DNA of 49,833 bases, filler included, from Sphacelaria rigidula (taxonomy: Eukaryota): NCBI GenBank assembly GCA_964200075.2. It is 3 parts of 3 records of this genome, joined end to end, with 100 filler letters (N's around TTAATTAATTAA, not from the genome) between each part and the next. Parts side by side here need not be neighbours in the genome. Positions count along the whole stretch, not along the records: positions 1 to 16,549 come from CAXNAA020001318.1; positions 16,650 to 33,193 come from CAXNAA020001319.1; 1 more part is not named here. One strand, written 5' to 3'. This document shows positions 11,701 through 22,890 of this stretch, in pieces. The stretch's first letter is position 1; every line of letters starts with the position of its first letter. The notes beneath the pieces were generated by a model. That model saw only the letters and a list, made by a program, of their open reading frames with translations, made no database searches and was not told where the DNA came from. Position numbers and translations under genes: made by a program.

Positions 11701-13483
11701 GCCGGCCGAAAATAGTTGCAATAGACCTATACTTCACCCGGTACATTTTTGTCTGTTGCATGTGTTGACCATATATTGTCCAGGGTCTGGATCACTTACA
11801 TGTGCAACCAAACCAGCTAATCGACCAATCCCTCAACTTGAAAATACTGCAACGGTCGGACGAGTGAATGATTCGTCTGGAAACTACTTGATTTTAGTGT
11901 GATTGATTCGTACCGTACGAATCAACGAATCAATCCTTAGGCTATGTTTTCAGCGTTGCAACCCGGATACGCGCAGCCCAGGCACGGGAATAGCGCAATA
12001 ATCGCGTGGAGATCTTCTTGACCAGAGGTCAACCTTTTCTTCTCCTTCGAGCAATCAGGCGTGAAAATCGTGCATGTGATGATTCGAATCGATGATACGT
12101 CCGAACCGTGTAATGCTGCCAATCGATTATTGGCCTCGTTATTCACGTCGTGACGCTCTCGACGACGAAAACCAAATCTTCCTGAAGATATCGTACACGT
12201 TCGGATTCGACCCACGAAATCCGCCCAAACCAGAGTTGGACCGGTCTAATCGCCAGGGCATTGCGGCATAGACAGATAGATACGTCTATCATGGCACTTC
12301 GCCGAGTAACGGCTGCAATGTGTTTGCTTTCCCCGTCTCGTCCGTCTCGAACACGCAGCAGGGATGGCGCGACTTCATTCCTGTGGACAATTGCGTCATC
12401 CGGTGAGATCTTGTCGTCGTCGACTAACCAGTAAGAAATTTCTTGTGCAAGTAAGTACGAGCTTAGGGTCTGATTTAGGTTAAGTTACAGCCATCGAGAT
12501 GTGCGTCTTGGTGGAACTTTGGTTGAACGTAGCTTCCGTTGTCTTTATTTATTTGTTCATTATGATTATTATCATTATTTATTTGTCGCACTTTGAACCC
12601 CTCCCCTTCCTCGGGACAAGTCCGTGGTCTCGAGGGATCATCAACCCTTCTCTTCCCGCCACATGCCTTGCATTTGGTGTCGCGGAATGGATCATGACCA
12701 CCAACACTTCCGCATCGCATCAACTGACGTCAAGCAAACGCAGTCGACTACTTTGTTTACTCACCTTCTCTCGCTTTCCACGGTGGAAATCGCATACTAC
12801 GAAGGAAAAGGCACATCGGGAATCGAACCCTCGTTTCTCTTCACCCTCATGGCGACAGTTGGATCATTACACCACCGTACGTCAGTGCGTTATCTCGTGA
12901 CGCTGTGTCTCTTTTCTTACTACTGTATGTGCTGCGCCTGTAACCTCCGTAATGCTCGTGCAGTACTGTACTACTAGTGTAGCTACGCTTTCTCTATTAG
13001 ACCTGTCGAAAGAAATTCCCGTGACGGGAAACGACGTCGCTCATCAACCGACCGCCACGCCCAGGATGAAGCTCAAGTGTGGGGAGAAATCCGTACAGAG
13101 AGAAAAAAGTAACCCCACACGAACTCCCAACAGCGCGTATCCCCCCCCGCCCCCTCTTTCGTGTCCAAAGGGATGCGTGGTCAATGATCAAACGACTGAG
13201 GCAGGCAACAAATGAGAACGTCCCCCCCCCCCCATCAATGGTCTTATGACTATGGCATGCATGATCATGAGTACACCCCTCCCTTGTTTCGTGTCGTTGA
13301 TTTGTTCTTGCCCTCGCAAAAACAGTGGTGTCTTGTGCTCTCACCGTCACGATGGGAAAGCGATTCGAGAAAACAGGAAAAGTGATGCCGGCCGTACCCC
13401 TGGGCGCCTTGTCTCTAGGAATGAGTATATTTTATGTCTATCAACTGGTCAAGGCAAAGCCGCCTTCAAAGAAGTCGTCTTGA
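8702..13483 (+). CDS. TMEM14: TMEM14 / FATTY ACID EXPORT (FAX)-family membrane protein, 4 exons, 114 aa
   Basis: Exons 8702-8803, 9482-9522, 12359-12402 and 13326-13483, all GT..AG with phases 0,2,1; total 345 nt. Translation MHDFCLTIPYGMIIMCGGVIGYLTAGSTASLVAG-GTSGGILTLLGYCG-RDGATSFLWTIASSV-VSCALTVTMGKRFEKTGKVMPAVPLGALSLGMSIFYVYQLVKAKPPSKKSS matches TMEM14 signatures (MHDFCxTIPYG, GGxxGYxxxGSxxSL, MGxRF..TGK.MPA). Confidence 0.9.
10861..11250 (-). mobile_element. tRNA-derived SINE, family A copy 1
   Basis: Minus-strand head carries box A (TGGCTCTGTTGG) and box B (GGTTCGAATC). The body motif GGGGTCACACAGGAGGAAGG is shared with copies at ~24430, ~34920 and ~37750; the tail is (CA)n-like. Confidence 0.8.
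11620..11786. mobile_element. Fold-back MITE (ACCCTGGACAA termini), copy 1
   Basis: ~75 bp imperfect inverted arms around a ~14 nt loop; related copy at 36396-36514. Confidence 0.7.
12586..12878 (-). mobile_element. tRNA-derived SINE, family B copy 1 (TMEM14 intron 3)
   Basis: Minus-strand head GGTGGTGTAATGATC...GGTTCGATTCC (box A/B). Body motif TGGTCATGATCCAT(A/T)CCGCGACACCAAA is shared with ~39960. Confidence 0.65.
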
Positions 13484-14259
13484 GGAACAGACGGCAAGAG
13501 CGTACGCGTGTTGTTTTGTAGCTATAGGGATTGTAGGATGGGTAGTTTTGGCGTTTGGCGGATCGAGTGTATCTATATCTGTGGAGTGTCTCTCGTGCTC
13601 CGGCGCTTGACGTAGCGTGCAGCCCATGAATGGCATTGAATTCATGGTTATGTTGGCATTGTGTGTTGTGGAAAGGCAAGGGACGGTATGCATTCACCGT
13701 TTTTGTCCCCAAGGGGTGAAGCTTGCGGTGCTGGGAAGATGCCGTTGGCCGTTTTTTTTGCACATGATGTTGCATGTGTACGTATACAGTAGTAGTTTTC
13801 GCGGCCTGACTCGTGCGCGTTTTGTAGAAGTCACCTTCCCGAACGAGGTCGGGTGCTCGGGTCCAATATACAGCGATATGACATTCTTGCGAAGTCCTTT
13901 CTGCGTGTACGCTGTTTTTGCAGCAAGTGGTCTTGCCTTGTGTACCTGGTGTTCACGTTCAGCTCTTGACGGGGGTTTTGGAGCTGCGCGAAATGTTCCG
14001 TTCGGTGTAGTTTGTGTTTGTGTGTTTTCATTCATCACTGTCCGTTGTTACCCAACGGCGTTCGTTACGGAGAGGTGCAATGTAACAGGCACTTGTTCTG
14101 GCGAATATTAAATGAAACTTGGGTACAGAATACGTTAAAAAAACTGCATACATTGGAAGGGGTCAAGAAACAAAACTTTCTGAGCGCGTTCCCAGTTCTC
14201 GAAGTGAGAAGCGACAGGGACAAGCCAAGAACCGCCTCTACTTGCCGATGTACCAGTTA

Positions 14260-14850
14260 GAAGATTGGTACGGGTACATTCTGTAGGGTGTGAGGTTTCT
14301 TACAGAACAAACAGAAATATCGGGTACTGGTTTGAAAGGCTTGCAGAAATTACAGAGCTTGTCGCGTACGGTATGAGAGGCTCACAGAAAACCGTACCGG
14401 CAATCAGGTATTTCTTCAAGGGCATACCCGCGCTCCGGGTACGGGTATACACTCTATACAGAACTCACAGAACTGTCGGGGAAGTGCATGGCCGGATTTC
14501 AAAACTCGCGAAACGGTCGGGTAGGGTATGGAGGTAGCACAAAAAACCATACCCGCAACCGGGTATCTTACCAAGAGCATACCCGTACCCGCGGTAACGG
14601 TACGGGAGGCTACGGAACTCACTGACAAAACTTTCGGGTAAGGGGATGAACGCCTTGCAGAGTCAATCGAACTGCCGGGTGCCGATATAAAAGGTCTTAC
14701 AGAAGTCATGAAACTGTAGGGTACGGTAAATACCCGCGGAAATACCCCGGGTATACAGAAAACCATGCCATACAGAACACAATCTTGGAAGATCTCATGG
14801 CCGGCATCTGATCTACACACCGTGTCGGGGTAGGGGTGACTAAGTATGCA
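14260..14850. repeat. Degenerate GGGTA/TACCC- and CAGAA-rich repetitive element
   Basis: Dense recurrence of cgggtac/atacccg and acagaa motifs on both strands; non-coding. Confidence 0.5.
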
Positions 14851-15769
14851 GCCTTGATCGAGGACCAACAGGAACCTCTTTACGTGTATTCATATCGGCG
14901 TTGGGTGAGGGAAACGTACACCCCTACCTTCCTCCCGGCATGACCAACCCACCTAGCTGTAAGTACTATGATGGGAAACATGTGCTGGCCCAACAGCTCG
15001 AGGAAAAATTCGTGGGAAAAAGCTAGGCGATGACGCGGAGGCGTTTTCGACGAGGAGCTGAAAGTACATGTGTGCATGAGTGGACGAGCGGCGCATTTCT
15101 GCATGCTTTGAAAAAAAATGGAGGGCAAGACAAAAATATCGATTCCACCCAAAAGTCCATAGTGAGCGCACCCCTTCAACACTCCCAGCCTCCACTCGTC
15201 AGCTAGCCCCCAGCTGGTTGCGCTTTTGGGAGTAGGTTTGGGAACTTTCGCAACACCCCAGGTCTAGAAACAGGGGCATTAGACCAGCGTAGGTCAGCCC
15301 AGCCTCTTATCAGCAAAGAGGGGTTAATGGCAATTCAGTCATGGCGGGCTCTTGCCGTGCTCCTCCTAAGTCGATCTAAATCCTATCCTGACGCGAGGGT
15401 AAGACGATCACGATCTATGCACAGGATGGAAATCGATATTGTCTTTCCCTTGTGCCAAAACTAAAATTCAATCTCAACCAACCATCCAACCATCCATCCT
15501 CAAACAATGTTTAATTAATGAATTAAACTGATTGCCATGCGCACGTGCGTGATGAATCTACATGCAGCGTTCAGTTTCCAACGCACATGGGTTGTTGTTT
15601 GAGTTGAAGTATGTATATTCACAAACATTCGAGCGCGCCTATGTGCCACACAGTGTGGCGGGCAGCAAGCGCGCTGCACAGGAGGCCCCCTTTTTGTCCA
15701 GAATGGGGTGGGGCAACCTTTCACTGTCTACTATTTTTGTTTCCCTCCCTTTTTTCCTTTTTTCCATCC

Positions 15770-16490
15770 AATTTGCCGAAATATACCCGGGGTGGTGACC
15801 GCCCTCCGCTCCTCAAAGGCCACTCTCCACGCCATTGCACGGCAGAACATCGAGGAGCTGCTTCAAACATTTCCACCGACTCTTTCTGCGGCCTGGAGAA
15901 TTCCCCCGCACACAAATCACACGCATTCGGGGTGTCGAGCTGGTCTATACCTCATGGCGCAATAGAGACCGACAATGATCTCTTACACATTTCGAAAAAG
16001 AAATTCCAAATTGATCTACTGCCTGAACAGGAGGAGAAACCGGCCCTTGAATATTGTCGGGAAAAGTAACGACTGTCTGAAGCTGTTCAAGAATTTGTCT
16101 GAAAAAAAGCCAAAGTCTCCGTCCAGAGCAGTCGTCACGTAGCGATCCTCTTCACCCTCACGTAGAACACTCTTTGGCCATAGTCTTCTGGGCCGCGACT
16201 CCTAGGGTTCCGTTGGGGTTTCTGTAACTGTTGCAGGTCAATAGTGTGTGAGAGATCATGAAATAGTCGGTCTTTATTTTTGTGCCATGAGGTAGTGAGG
16301 TGGAGATCAGCTAAGACGTAGACACTCCGATGGGATCTGCTTTGAGTGCGGAGGATTTCTCCAGGCTGCAGAAAGAGGCGATGTAGATGTTTCAGGCAGT
16401 TCGATGTTCTGCCCTGCGGTGGTCTGGAGGGTGGCATTTGAAGGGCGGAGAGTGGTCACCATTGGGTATTTCGGACAAATGGGGGCAGAA
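15770..16490. repeat. Diverged inverted repeat (arms ~15770-15935 and ~16325-16490) next to a gap
   Basis: Opposite-strand ORFs show the same text (VTALRSSKATLHAIARQNIE..LSAAWRIPPH vs VTTLRPSNATLQTTAGQNIE..LSAAWRNPPH); probably long TIRs of an old DNA element. Confidence 0.65.
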
Positions 16491-16549
16491 AAGTGGAAGC
16501 AGGGGGGGGGGGGGGCGGACCCACTTTTTGCGTGCCTTAGCCGTTCCAC

Positions 16550-16649
16550 NNNNNNNNNNNNNNNNNNNNNNNNNNNNNNNNNNNNNNNNNNNNTTAATTA
16601 ATTAANNNNNNNNNNNNNNNNNNNNNNNNNNNNNNNNNNNNNNNNNNNN
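16550..16649. other. Assembly gap with artificial TTAATTAATTAA linker
   Basis: N-run/TTAATTAATTAA/N-run, a six-frame-stop contig spacer. Confidence 0.95.
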
Positions 16650-16846
16650 GAGTGTGTGCACTGGGGTCCTTAGCAGCACACTCCAAACATAGCCACCAGG
16701 CTATACCCTACCCTTTTTCTTCGGGCCATTTTTTTACTGAGGTTTTCTCTCCTTAGGGTCAATTTTTATCACAGGTTTTCTATGTTCTTTTCTCTTCAAA
16801 GAAAGTGCGTCCGACGGGAATCGAACCAGCGACTAACTTTTGTCAC
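16650..16846 (-). mobile_element. Probable third tRNA-derived SINE, head truncated
   Basis: Box B GGTTCGATTCC on the minus strand at ~16816-16827; the box A region is replaced by the inverted-repeat arm that starts at 16847. Confidence 0.45.
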
Positions 16847-17635
16847 AGACCGCGAGGGTAGGTCACCTGCTGAATCGGCATCAGTTTTCAATTGAAAAAA
16901 GTATGCGTGATCCAGATGGACTACCCGCACCGCGGTCTAAGGATTAACCGTCGTTAGGCTACGTTTTAGAGTGGTTGATACAAGTTTATAAGTATCGCTA
17001 CCCCTCACCCTAACCCCGACCCAACGCATACCGAGAACCCTCGGGCAAGGGCGGAACATACATTCCCTAGGCAAAGTGTGGCCTTGGTAGACCCCAAATC
17101 GGAGCCTGTGGCGCCGATCTCGACGAAAACACGTTCTGTGCACGCGAGGAGCACACGGGGCTGTCAGTCCCACTAAAATTCCGATTCTCGTCGTTCAGAC
17201 TCAAAGTAAGTAATATCAACCATTCTGAGACGTAGCCCAACGCCGGTAAACTCTACTGGATCGACGTGTTATTATATTCAACAAGCTCCAGTACATGACA
17301 ATGAAATGCGCACAGTGGGTGGTCTCTGTCCCTCTATCGAGGAGGAGGCGTGGGTGGGATAGAGGTGGAGTTGTACTGCTACATGCCGAAAAAAAGTTGA
17401 TCCCGGTGTCCCACGCTCCAAGCACGGGAGAGGTGGAACAGGAGCGGTGGTATAGACGGGGCTAGTTAACCATCGTCGTTCACAATCAAATCGAGTAATA
17501 TCAACCATTCGAAAATGTAACCCAACACCGGTAAACTCTACTGCAGTGTAATAGAGTTCACCGGCGTTGGGTTACGTTTCGTTGGATCACCGATTTTTAG
17601 ATTTCCGATCTTGCAGTTTTAGCACCTTTGGGTTC

Positions 17636-17750
17636 CCCCAGGTTGAAGCTCTGCTCCCTGTTGTACTTTTGGATTTCCCCAGGTTGAAGCGCTGCTCCCT
17701 GTTGTACCTTTGACTTCCCCCACGTCAGAGCTCTGCTCCCTGTTGTACCT
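17636..17750 (+). repeat. ~41-bp minisatellite x3
   Basis: CCCCAGGTTGAAGCTCTGCTCCCTGTTGTAC recurs three times; followed by CCG(A/G)AGCA(A/G)TTTGTGCTTC-like repeats up to ~17885. Confidence 0.75.
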
Positions 17751-18924
17751 CCCTTTTTCCCCCCTTAACTTCTGCTAGGACGCCGAAGCAATTTGTGCTT
17801 CTTCGTTGATCGCTAGCACACCGGAGCAGTTTGTGCTTCCGTGTTTCGGAGCAGTTTTTCTGCTCCTCGAAGCAGTCTAAGCTTCCCTTCTTCTGAGGTG
17901 TGGGAGTGGGTACAGGATTGTTGGTACGGGAATGTTAGGCACGGGGGTGTTTCTTTAGGTATGGTTATTTAGCCGCTCATGACTTTTCGAGTAAATAAAA
18001 ACCTTAGCTTTCGCTGCTTTGAGGATAAATCCTCGCAGCTGTAATAAAGGTTCGTCTGGGTGGGTTAGTGTCATGAAGACGCATATTAGCCTGATTGTCA
18101 TGCCGCTTCAGACCCGTTGTCAAGTCTGGCTATTTGCTTTGTTTCGGTAGCCAAGACTACAGGTCTGTTCAAAGTTGGTCGGGTACGAATGTGAACCTGT
18201 ATAATTACAGGGATGATACTGGCTTTGGTCGCTAACCACGACCAAAGCTCCCATCATCGAACACTATCAACTGCTCCCCCTCTACTGCTTTCCAGCAAAA
18301 GAAGTCTAACCATCGGTGAGACGTATTGATTGGTTTGGGTTGGATTGGTTGATTGGGTACGGGAGTTAGAATCAAGGCAACCAAAAAGAAGTGAAGGACC
18401 TATTGCGTGAGAACTCGTCTGATATTTGGATGCTGAGCAGGTCACACGGTATTTACAAGTTGTAGTAGCCTGACGGTTCTACACTTGCCTGCTAAGCTTG
18501 TGCCTTGAGTTGCAAGCTGTGTCCTTGCCTATACATATCGCTTGCTCTTCATTACAGTGGTCGCTATTACTTACTTTGAGTCTGAACGACGAGAATTGAA
18601 ATTTTAGTGGGGCTGTCAGTCCCGTGTGCTCCTCGCGTGCACAGAACGCGTTTTTCGTTGAAATCGACGCCACAGGCGCCAATTTGGGGTCTACCAAGGC
18701 CGCACTTTGCCCAGGGAAGGTATGTTCCGCCCTTGCTCGAGGGTTTTCGGTATGCGTTGGGTTGGGGTTAGGGGTAGAGGTAAGGTAGCGATACTTGTAA
18801 ACTTGTGCCAACCACTCTAAAACGTAGCCTAACGACAATTAACTAGCCTCCGTCGATCGGCCGCCTCCTTGACAACCGGAGATGACGTCCCAGCCTATAT
18901 TCCCAATGGTAGATTCAAGGCTTA

Positions 18925-19290
18925 TGCCACCTGATTATGAATCTTCTGCATGCTCTAGTTCGAAATAGAGATATTGGTATAGTCAACGTAAGTGCGGTAC
19001 AAACTGTTTCAACAAACCAAACATGCTTTATCGACAGCCACCCAATAGGTTGCATCGTGAAATCTCCACATCATGACGAAGTTATTCCGATTATTATGTA
19101 CAGTGACTGCCACCTGATTATGAATCTTCTGCATGCTCTAGTTCGAAATAGAGATATTGGTATAGTCAACGTAAATGCGGTACAAACTGTTTCAACAAAC
19201 CAAACATGCTTTATCGACAGCCACCCAATAGGTTGCATCGTGAAATCTCCATATCATGACGAAGTTATTCCGATTATTATGTACAATGAC
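18925..19290 (+). repeat. 183-bp tandem duplication
   Basis: Units 18925-19107 and 19108-19290 differ at about 3 positions; this explains the duplicated 61-aa block in ORF 18937-19575. Confidence 0.92.
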
Positions 19291-20021
19291 AGGGTACGCT
19301 ACCGGTCAGGTACCATTCCCAAGAATTGGATCTTCATTGGTTCCGATTATATTCCGAGCCGTCGTTACGTCGTTGGGCTATGTTATAAAATGATTGCGCT
19401 CACAAACGGCATGTTGCTGCCGGGTTGCTGGTGCAGGTGTACGATGGTCGTTAGCATTATTTCGAATCTCAGACCAAGGAAAGATTCGAGTCGGAACTTA
19501 ACGGTTGGGACCTATATATTACAGTCCGCGGAGATGTCGACAGTCTCGTGCGATAACGAACTCGAACTACTGTGACCCATGACGTGTTGTGTTTTTTCTC
19601 GGCTTGAAAAGGCGAGATATCACACGCGAGTCACCAACCGGCGCATGTAGCCTTGACACTCTTTCGTCTCGGGCTCGTGAACCCCATTATAGGGGTATCT
19701 ACTGACAATTTATTTCAGTAGAGTTCACCGGCGTTGGGCTACGTCTCAGAATGGTTGATATTACTTACTTTGAGTCTGAACGACGAGAATCGGAATTTTA
19801 GTGGGACTGACAGCCCTGTGTGCCCCTCGCGTGCACAGAACGTGTTTTCGTCGAGATCGGCGCCGATTTGGGGTCTACCAAGGCCACACTTTGCCTAGGG
19901 AATGTATGTTCCGCCCTTGCCCGAGGGTTCTCGGTATGCGTTGGGTCGGGGTTAGGGTGAGGGATAGCGATACTTGTAAACTTGTGTCAACTACTCTAAA
20001 ACGTAGCCTAGCGACGGTTAA

Positions 20022-20123
20022 TCCTTAGACCGCGGTGCGGGTAGTCCATCTGGATCACGCATACTTTTTTCAATTGAAAACTGATGCCGATTCAGCAGGT
20101 GACCTACCCTCGCGGTCTAAGGG
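20022..20123. mobile_element. 102-bp piggyBac-like MITE inserted at TTAA
   Basis: TTAA|TCCTTAGACCGCG...CGCGGTCTAAGGG|CCAA; the paralogous empty site GACAA-TTAA-CTAGCCTC lies at ~18834-18850. Confidence 0.75.
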
Positions 20124-20159
20124 CCAACTAGCCTCTTATTACGCTACACGTCAACGTCT

Positions 20160-22890
20160 CATGCTACCATTCGAAATGTGCATATCTTTCGAGTAAATTG
20201 TTGACTCTCAATCCGATCTGTTAGTCTTAATCTCACGAAAACATTGTTCAGTGTGTTGTTGTTGGCCCATGTGAGTATCGTGCCACCGCGCGAACAACGC
20301 AGCGTTCGAGATATCGGGTCGGGACTGGTTTTCAATCTACATGAGGCTCCCAACCACCTCTCGAAACGATATCCCTTCCACCACATCGTCGCCGTCTACT
20401 TTCCTGAGGTCAACAGATGAAGAAGCGGGGATAGGGCTCGTACGCGACACGTTAAAGCGGTCAACAAAGCCCTTGACAAAGTTGGTTGGGATATGGAACT
20501 CTCCGGAGGCTCGCCTCAAGCCATATAAAATCTTGTTCAATCTAACAACCTTTCTCGAATGGTCCCCACATCCTAGAGGTAATCGCACATAGACTTCGTC
20601 CTTGAGTTTTGCTTGAACAACAGCCTGCTTCACATCGAAATGACAAAGACCCCAGTCAAGCTTGCACGCCAGGAAACAAGAATGCGACTGGAAGCTGTAT
20701 GGACAGTAGAAGTAAAGACGTCAAAATAATGAACTCCTGGGGCCTAAGAAAATCCTTTTGTTACCATTCGAGCCTTTGCTTTCATAATACCTGAGTCAGG
20801 GCCAGACTTCCATTTGTATACATATCGTGAACCAACTATGTTACTTCCCTTCGGAATCTCTGCGCTTTTACTAAACCACTGAAGTCAGCATTCATAGCCT
20901 TAGCCCAGACTGCAGAGTAGCGGGATACGCAAGCTTGAGTGTATGATTCAGGCTCTGGCTCGACTTCGTGGATAGGACAAGTTGGTAGCTCCTCGATACT
21001 GATGACGTTGGGGTCGTGCTCTGCAATCAGTGCTCTACCGACCTGGTCTATCTCGACGGGCCCCAGAGTGGCGTATAGTTCAAACTCCTGCTCCTGCGCC
21101 GCCGCTCGGCTCTGTGCTCGAGTTCTAACCTCACTGACCTCGTCAACATCTTTAGTATCAGATAGGAAAGGAGCTAGTTGGCGTCTGGCGGTGCGGGCTG
21201 CAGGGGGTTCATCATGTCCAGTCTCTATGGATGCCGTTCCATTGTCGTCGTTGTCTCAATTGCTTTGGCTATTACTTTGTGAAATCGACATGTCCGTGTC
21301 TGTTGGTGGCGGCGGAGTGGGTGGCGGGGAGGGATCCCTCCCATTTCCGTCATCGCGTGCGACTCCATCGTCGCCGTGTTCCTTTTGTAGTACAACTGTT
21401 GGTGGGGGAGTACTAGGCATGTGTGGGGTACCCCTCGGATATTTCGGCATGATGATAACCTCACCGTCATCGCTGTCACTATCGCCTTCGGACTCCAAGT
21501 CGAGCGGCGCCTCCGGGGTCGTAAAAGTTGGAAATTGCCGTGGCGTTTGTGGAGGTAATGCCGCCCATGCCACGCCACGTGTTTCAATTACCTCGTTGCC
21601 TCGCGTAAGGACTCGCACACAGTCCTTTGGATGATTTATCGCTGATCCTAAGTAGTGTTCCATCTTCGGCAACAACTTATTCGGTCGCTTCCAACAACAA
21701 TATTCAGATTTGAGTGAGAAATACGGGGCAGCAGGCTCAGCGTCCCGGTGCCACATCTCAAAAGGGGGGGGAAATTTCACGGTTAGCGGTAGTTGAAGTA
21801 TGGTGAAGTGCATCGCAGGCCCAATTGCACGGCTTCGGCCCAAAGTGGCTCGGTTGACGGGAATCGAATGTGGTGAAACAATTGCGTAGCCTGAATCCTC
21901 GCCACCGAAAGCCACTGCTGTGATGATGCCGAGGCCGCGCTCTGTAACGCCGGTGAATTCGGGCTATGAGCAATGCTACGGTAGGGGTGCACTGTTTTCG
22001 CAAAATTTTGTCTGGCTCAGGGGCTCTTAACGATTCTAGACGCACAAAAACATGGGTCAGGGCATCCCCGTTTGCAGATTTATTTGGGATATCCCCAGCA
22101 CATTGGAATAGTAGTCCTGGCGTACTCTCGCATCTTTTCCTAAGTCGTGTTTTGGATGAGATGAAGGGCTCCTAACAATTCTAACCTCAGAAAACATTTC
22201 TGTACCCCTACCGTAGCATCACTCCTATTGCCCGGGACAAACTCCTGCTGGATCACTATTTTTTTTCAACACAGCTACTTAAACGTACCCCCCAAAATTC
22301 TCCGCCACTGTCTGATCGCACGACCTCCTGCTTGGAGGGTAGTCCTCCTGCACGAACGTCCGTAAGAAAACGATTCAGAGCAGAAGTGGCGTCACACTTG
22401 TGCACCAAAAGTACAGCCAAGCGTGTCGCCTGTAGTCATCTTTGACTATCATTGTATATCACGCTCCTGTAAGAGACGCAGTCCTTTTCCTTCCACTAAG
22501 ATCAACGAATGATCTTCCCAGTTTCGTGGTGGCTCTTTCCGTAGTGGAATTAGGAATACCCTTACGGTATCCCTCAGCCATTGAACATCCTGTGCAAGGT
22601 TCTTATTTGCCCGAAAGATCAACACGTGACCTTTCGGCAGTTTCTCTAAAAAGGTGCTCATCAGCATGAACGACAACACAAAAAAACATTTATCGAGATC
22701 TTCAACAATTATGATAGATTGGCTGGAACCAAAGCAGGTAACGCGAAATGCTCGAAAGGCAAACAGTAGCAGATATATGTCACCAACAGTCTATCTCTGT
22801 AGCAGAAGCTCACTTTTCCGTTGTATGCAGTCATGACTGAGTGAAGTCCACCTCTTCTCTCCGAATTTTTGCCGTCAAGAACATTTATTT
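20160..22890 (-). mobile_element. Decayed Ty1/copia LTR retrotransposon pol (GAG-pre-integrase, integrase, RT); no LTRs recognised
   Basis: Minus strand reads PCTGCSMAEGYRKGIP...KLGRSFVDLSG (pre-integrase/integrase), ERGLGII...LWAEA (integrase) and KQAVVQAKLKDEVYVRLPLGC...LNKILYGLRRAS and FREVVGSLM (copia RT). Order is IN then RT, with many stops and frameshifts. Confidence 0.85.
21967..22225. mobile_element. 259-bp TA-flanked MITE nested in the copia integrase
   Basis: TA|TGAGCAATGCTACGGTAGGGGTGCA...TGTACCCCTACCGTAGCATCACTCC|TA; it splits the integrase motif QEFVPGNS/PEFTGVTERGLG. Confidence 0.8.

Larger units (their letters stand above)
16847..20118. repeat. Near-identical ~410 bp inverted repeat (16847-17258 / 19716-20118), with a third diverged copy at ~18565-18850
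   Basis: ORFs 16937-17173(-) and 19801-20028(+) are almost identical, and the DNA arms align with few mismatches and one ~11 bp indel. Confidence 0.9.

Noticed and set aside
15262..15398. Open AG..GT segment ending ...PDAR|gtaaga as a possible upstream SNARE exon
   Set aside because: The phase fits, but the peptide does not resemble VTI1 and it is 24 kb and three gaps away.
16594..16605. TTAATTAATTAA palindrome (also 33238-33249)
   Set aside because: Artificial contig linker inside N-runs.
18937..19575. 212-aa ORF with an internal repeat
   Set aside because: Created by the 183-bp tandem duplication; no recognisable domain or splice support.
20939..21634. 231-aa plus-strand ORF
   Set aside because: Antisense shadow of the copia integrase-RT linker.
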